The position numbers and the translations under genes were made by a program. The notes under the pieces are model-generated. The model did not search any database and was not told the origin of the DNA. It was given only the letters and a program-made list of their open reading frames with translations. 41,973 nucleotides of DNA. Origin: an uncultured Eubacteriales bacterium (lineage in GTDB: Bacteria; Bacillota; Clostridia; Oscillospirales; Acutalibacteraceae). Location: contig ONEN01000003.1 of assembly GCA_900316815.1 (NCBI GenBank), forward strand, positions 1 to 41,973. Direction: 5' to 3'. Shown here piece by piece: positions 38,335-41,973 of this stretch (positions within the stretch are counted from its first letter, which is position 1; each line of letters begins with the position of its first letter).

Positions 38335-39207
38335 ATGAAAGGAATCATTCTCGCGGGCGGACGCGGCACAAGGCTGTATCCCATGACCAAAACGGTCTCC
38401 AAGCAGCTGCTGCCCGTCTATGACAAGCCGTTGATTTATTATCCGCTGTCCATCCTGATGCTGGCGAATATCACCGAGATCCTGGTGATATCCACTCCCG
38501 AGGACACGCCCATGTACCGCGAGCTGCTCGGCGACGGGTCGCGCATCGGCATCAAGCTGGAATACGCCGTGCAGGAGGAGCCAAAGGGTCTGGCGCAGGC
38601 GTTTATCATCGGCGAGGACTTCATCGGCGACGACAGCGTTTGCCTGATACTCGGCGACAATGTGTTCTACGGAATGAATTTCCCCAACATGCTGCTCAGG
38701 GTGCGCGAGAATTTCAGCGGCGCCACCGTGTTCGGCTACCCCGTCATCAATCCGACGGATTTCGGCGTGGTGGAGTTCGACGAAAACGGCAAGGTCATCT
38801 CTATTGAAGAAAAGCCCAAAAAGCCCAAGTCGGACTACGCGGTGCCGGGACTCTATTTTTACGATAACAAGGTCATTGAATATGCCAAGCGCATCAAGCC
38901 CTCGGCGCGCGGCGAGCTGGAAATCTCCTCTATCAACAGCCTCTATCTCGAAAACGGCGAGCTGGACGTGGTGCTGCTCGGCAGGGGCATGGCGTGGCTC
39001 GATACGGGCACGCCCACCGGTCTGCTGAAGGCGGCGGAATATGTGGAGACCATTCAGTCGATGCAGGGCATGTATGTGAGCTGCATTGAGGAAATCGCGT
39101 GGCGCAGGGGCTTTATCTCCACCGAACAGCTCAGAAAGCTGGGCGAGGAGCTGCACATGACCGATTACGGACAGTATCTGATCCATCTTGCGGATACGCA
39201 TAGCTAA
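38335..39207 (+). CDS. rfbA: Glucose-1-phosphate thymidylyltransferase
   Basis: [44 protein letters not shown]. Confidence 0.96.
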   Translation: MKGIILAGGRGTRLYPMTKTVSKQLLPVYDKPLIYYPLSILMLANITEILVISTPEDTPMYRELLGDGSRIGIKLEYAVQEEPKGLAQAFIIGEDFIGDDSVCLILGDNVFYGMNFPNMLLRVRENFSGATVFGYPVINPTDFGVVEFDENGKVISIEEKPKKPKSDYAVPGLYFYDNKVIEYAKRIKPSARGELEISSINSLYLENGELDVVLLGRGMAWLDTGTPTGLLKAAEYVETIQSMQGMYVSCIEEIAWRRGFISTEQLRKLGEELHMTDYGQYLIHLADTHS

Positions 39208-39226
39208 CAAGTAAAGGGAGAACAAC

Positions 39227-40090
39227 ATGAAAAACATTCTGGTAACGGGCGGCGCGGGCTTCATCGGCTCCAACTTCGTCCATCATATGCTGCAGAACCA
39301 TGATTACCATATCATCAACATAGACGCCCTGACCTATGCGGGCAACCTCGACAATCTCAGGGACGTGGAAAACGACCCGCGCTACACCTTTGTCAAGGCG
39401 GATATCCGCGACAGGGACGCGCTGACCGCTGTTTTTGAGAAGTACGGCATCGACACCGTGGTGAACTTTGCCGCGGAGAGCCATGTGGACCGCTCCATTA
39501 CGGAGCCCGAAATCTTCCTGACGACCAACGTCATCGGCACCCAGACGCTGCTCGACGTAGCCAAGCGCTTCTGGAAAACCGCGCCCGACGACAAGTATTC
39601 GCGCGAATACAAGGAGGGCGTCAAGTATCTGCAGGTGTCCACCGACGAGGTGTACGGTGCGCTGGGCAAGACGGGCATGTTTGAGGAGACGACTCCTCTC
39701 TCGCCGAACAGCCCCTACTCCGCCTCCAAGGCGAGCGCCGACATGGTGGTGAGGGCGTATCACGAAACCTTCGGAATGCCCGTTAACATCACGCGCTGCT
39801 CCAATAACTACGAGAAGGCGAATATTGAGATCGTCAGGCTGATCATCCGCACCCTCGGCAAGAGCGAGGAGCTGATTCAGCACGTCAAGGACCGTCCGGG
39901 TCACGACAGACGCTATGCGATCGACAACACCAAAATCACCACGCAGCTCGGCTGGGCGCCTAAATACACCTTTGAGCAGGGCATTGCCGAGACTATCGAG
40001 TGGTACTGCACCCACGGGGAGTGGATGGAGAAGATCACCTCGGGCGACTATATGCACTATTACGACAAAATGTACCGCGCGGCGCGGTAG
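39227..40090 (+). pseudogene. rfbB: dTDP-glucose 4,6-dehydratase with an in-frame internal deletion at 39811/39812
   Basis: TGGAGFIG, AAESHVDRS, STDEVYG and YSASK are present, but RCSNNY joins directly to EKANIEIV. The conserved GP..FPEKLIP...RDW...YNIGG block (about 60 aa) is absent. Confidence 0.85.
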
Positions 40091-40118
40091 GCAGCGCGGC
40101 AAAGGAGGGGCGTCCTTT

Positions 40119-41597
40119 ATGAAATTATCACAGTTATTAGCCAACATCCGCTACACCGCCGCCGGCGCCGCCGACGCGGATATCACCGATATCGTTTACG
40201 ATTCCCGCAAGGCTGCCCCGGGCACGGCGTTTGTGTGTCTCAAGGGCTATACCTCCGACGGGCACCGCTTTGCGCAGTCCGCCGTGGAAAAGGGCGCGTC
40301 CGCGCTCGTTATCAGCGACGACCTCGGCTTTGAGGTTCCCCCGGAAATCGCCGTCGCCAGGGTGGACGACACGCGCTATGCGCTGGCGCTGATGAGCGCC
40401 GCGCTGTTCGGCAATCCTGCCGACGAGCTGAAAACCGTCGCCATCACGGGCACCAAGGGCAAGACGACCACCACCGCCATGATCGCCTCCATCTTTGAGC
40501 ACGCAGGCATCAAGACGGGCACCATCGGCACGCTCGGCATTGTCTACGACGGCAAGACCGTCAAAACCGACAACACCACCCCCGAAAGCTATGAAATACA
40601 AAAAGCGCTGCGCGATATGCGCAACGCGGGCTGTGAGGCTATGGTGATCGAGGCGTCGTCCATCGGCTTAAAGCACCACCGCCTTGACGGCATGACCTTT
40701 GATGTGGGCGTGTTTACCAACTTTTCCAACGACCATATCGGCGGCGTGGAGCATAAGGATATGGCGGAGTATCTTTTCTGCAAGAGCCTGCTGTTCCGTC
40801 AGGTGAGGAATGCCGCCGCCAACTGCGACGACCCGCACTATAAAGAGGTGACCAAGGATTTCAAGGGTCAGCTCCATACCTTCGGCTTTTCCGGAGACAG
40901 CGAGCTGCGCGCCAAAAACGACCGCCTGCTTTCGGACGGCGGCTTCATCGGCGTTCACTTCGAAACAGAGGGCGCTAAGGCGCTGACGCTCGACGTGGGC
41001 GTGCCGGGTGTGTTCAATGTGTATAACGCGCTTGCCGCCATCAGCGCGGTCAGCTTTTTCGATGTGCCCGAGCAGGCGATCATCGACGGTCTGAAGGTGG
41101 CGCATGTCAGGGGCAGAGTGGAGCCGGTCAAGGTGCCGGGCAACTACAGCCTGCTGATCGACTACGCGCACAACGCGCTCTCCATGGAGAACGTGCTGAC
41201 CACCCTGCGGCAGTACCATCCCCACCGCCTGATTACGCTGTTCGGCGCGGGCGGCAACCGCCCCAAGGTGCGCCGTTTTGAGATGGGCGAGACCTCGGGC
41301 AGACTCAGCGATCTGTCGGTCGTCACCGAGGACAACTCGCGCTTTGAGGACGTGATGGACATTATCGAGGACATCAAGACGGGTCTGCACAAGACGGACG
41401 GCGAATATGTCGTGGTGCCCAACCGCAAGGAGGCCATCCGCTACTGTATGCTCAACGCCGAAGACGGCGACATCATCGTGCTGGCGGGCAAGGGTCACGA
41501 GGATTATCAGGAAATCAAGGGCGTGAAGTACCACATGGACGAGCGCGAGCTGATTGCCGATATCATCAGGGAAGAACACCTGGATGAGAGAAATTGA
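40119..41597 (+). CDS. murE: UDP-MurNAc-L-Ala-D-Glu diamino acid ligase MurE
   Basis: YDSRK, ITGTKGKTTT, TTPES, EASS, DYAHN, DNSR, AGKGHE.YQ; SD AAGGAGG. Confidence 0.92.
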   Translation: MKLSQLLANIRYTAAGAADADITDIVYDSRKAAPGTAFVCLKGYTSDGHRFAQSAVEKGASALVISDDLGFEVPPEIAVARVDDTRYALALMSAALFGNPADELKTVAITGTKGKTTTTAMIASIFEHAGIKTGTIGTLGIVYDGKTVKTDNTTPESYEIQKALRDMRNAGCEAMVIEASSIGLKHHRLDGMTFDVGVFTNFSNDHIGGVEHKDMAEYLFCKSLLFRQVRNAAANCDDPHYKEVTKDFKGQLHTFGFSGDSELRAKNDRLLSDGGFIGVHFETEGAKALTLDVGVPGVFNVYNALAAISAVSFFDVPEQAIIDGLKVAHVRGRVEPVKVPGNYSLLIDYAHNALSMENVLTTLRQYHPHRLITLFGAGGNRPKVRRFEMGETSGRLSDLSVVTEDNSRFEDVMDIIEDIKTGLHKTDGEYVVVPNRKEAIRYCMLNAEDGDIIVLAGKGHEDYQEIKGVKYHMDERELIADIIREEHLDERN

Positions 41598-41625
41598 CAA
41601 TTGAAAATGGATAATTGATAATTAT

Positions 41626-41679
41626 GGTCGGGAAGATAGCGTTGCTTTTCATAAGCCTATCGTTCCCGACCGAATTTTT
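41626..41679 (+). terminator. Hairpin after murE
   Basis: GGTCGGGAA-GATAG / CTATC-G-TTCCCGACC followed by GAATTTTT. Confidence 0.5.
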
Positions 41680-41721
41680 ATATGAATGCTTTATTTGACT
41701 TTGCAGGGAATAGCGTACTGT

Positions 41722-41808
41722 TGTAGCAGATGTAGCAGGTGATTTCATTAAATATATAAAAAGAGAGATATATATAAATTAACATATTTACTTGCTACAC
41801 GTGCTACA
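41722..41808. repeat. Inverted pair of doubled heptamers flanking an AT-rich core
   Basis: TGTAGCA-GA-TGTAGCA (41722-41737) and TGCTACA-CG-TGCTACA (41793-41808) around a TATATA-rich 55-bp spacer. Confidence 0.8.
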
Positions 41809-41812
41809 CCTT

Positions 41813-41973
41813 CGTGCGCCGTGGGCGCTTTCTCCGCGCAACCAACGTTTGTTAGCAACCTAACCGTCATGCACGCGCTCGGACGCCCCGTGCGCCGTGG
41901 GCGCTTTCTCCGCGCTATCGGCGTATGGCAGCAACCTGACCGTCATGCACGCGTTATGACGCGGCGTGCGCCG
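41813..41973. repeat. 76-bp tandem repeat (two full units plus the start of a third, running off the window)
   Basis: CGTGCGCCG starts at 41813, 41889 and 41965. Conserved blocks are CGTGCGCCGTGGGCGCTTTCTCCGCGC and AGCAACCTRACCGTCATGCACGCG. Confidence 0.85.

Noticed and set aside
41813-41973. CRISPR array or tRNA interpretation of the 76-bp repeat
   Set aside because: The would-be spacers are homologous to each other, no cas genes are in view, and there is no cloverleaf or TTCRA T-loop.

Overview
Chromosomal segment of a GC-rich, probably spore-forming Clostridia genome. Oscillospiraceae/Ruminococcaceae-like is an inference from gene content, sigma-A promoters, CIRCE and spoVAE. In order: a 5'-truncated TPM-domain gene; the [FeFe]-hydrogenase maturation operon (TM1266-family regulator, hydE, hydG, hydF) behind a structured leader with an intrinsic terminator; a REP-like hairpin array; a DUF6062-like gene; an 8-oxoG glycosylase; a secreted surface protein, an unannotated 41-aa Cys/acidic peptide and a radical SAM/SPASM gene (broken here); tatD, metG, spoVAE; a GldAFG-like ABC/DUF4340/transglutaminase operon; pyrK-pyrD; TIGR01440; a GH25 lysin; a lipoprotein; an aquaporin; small ORFs and rpsT; CIRCE-hrcA-grpE-dnaK-dnaJ-prmA; an amino-sugar surface glycosylation operon (WecE-like, GNAT, GT2, two SMR/EamA, GT-C, rfbA, rfbB); murE; and an ori-like inverted repeat plus a 76-bp tandem repeat at the right edge. 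The best candidates for new biology are (1) the surface protein-peptide-rSAM RiPP-like locus and (2) the putative attenuator/riboswitch upstream of the hydrogenase maturation operon. Four genes (rSAM, dnaJ, prmA, rfbB) carry small deletions or duplications that may be assembly artefacts.
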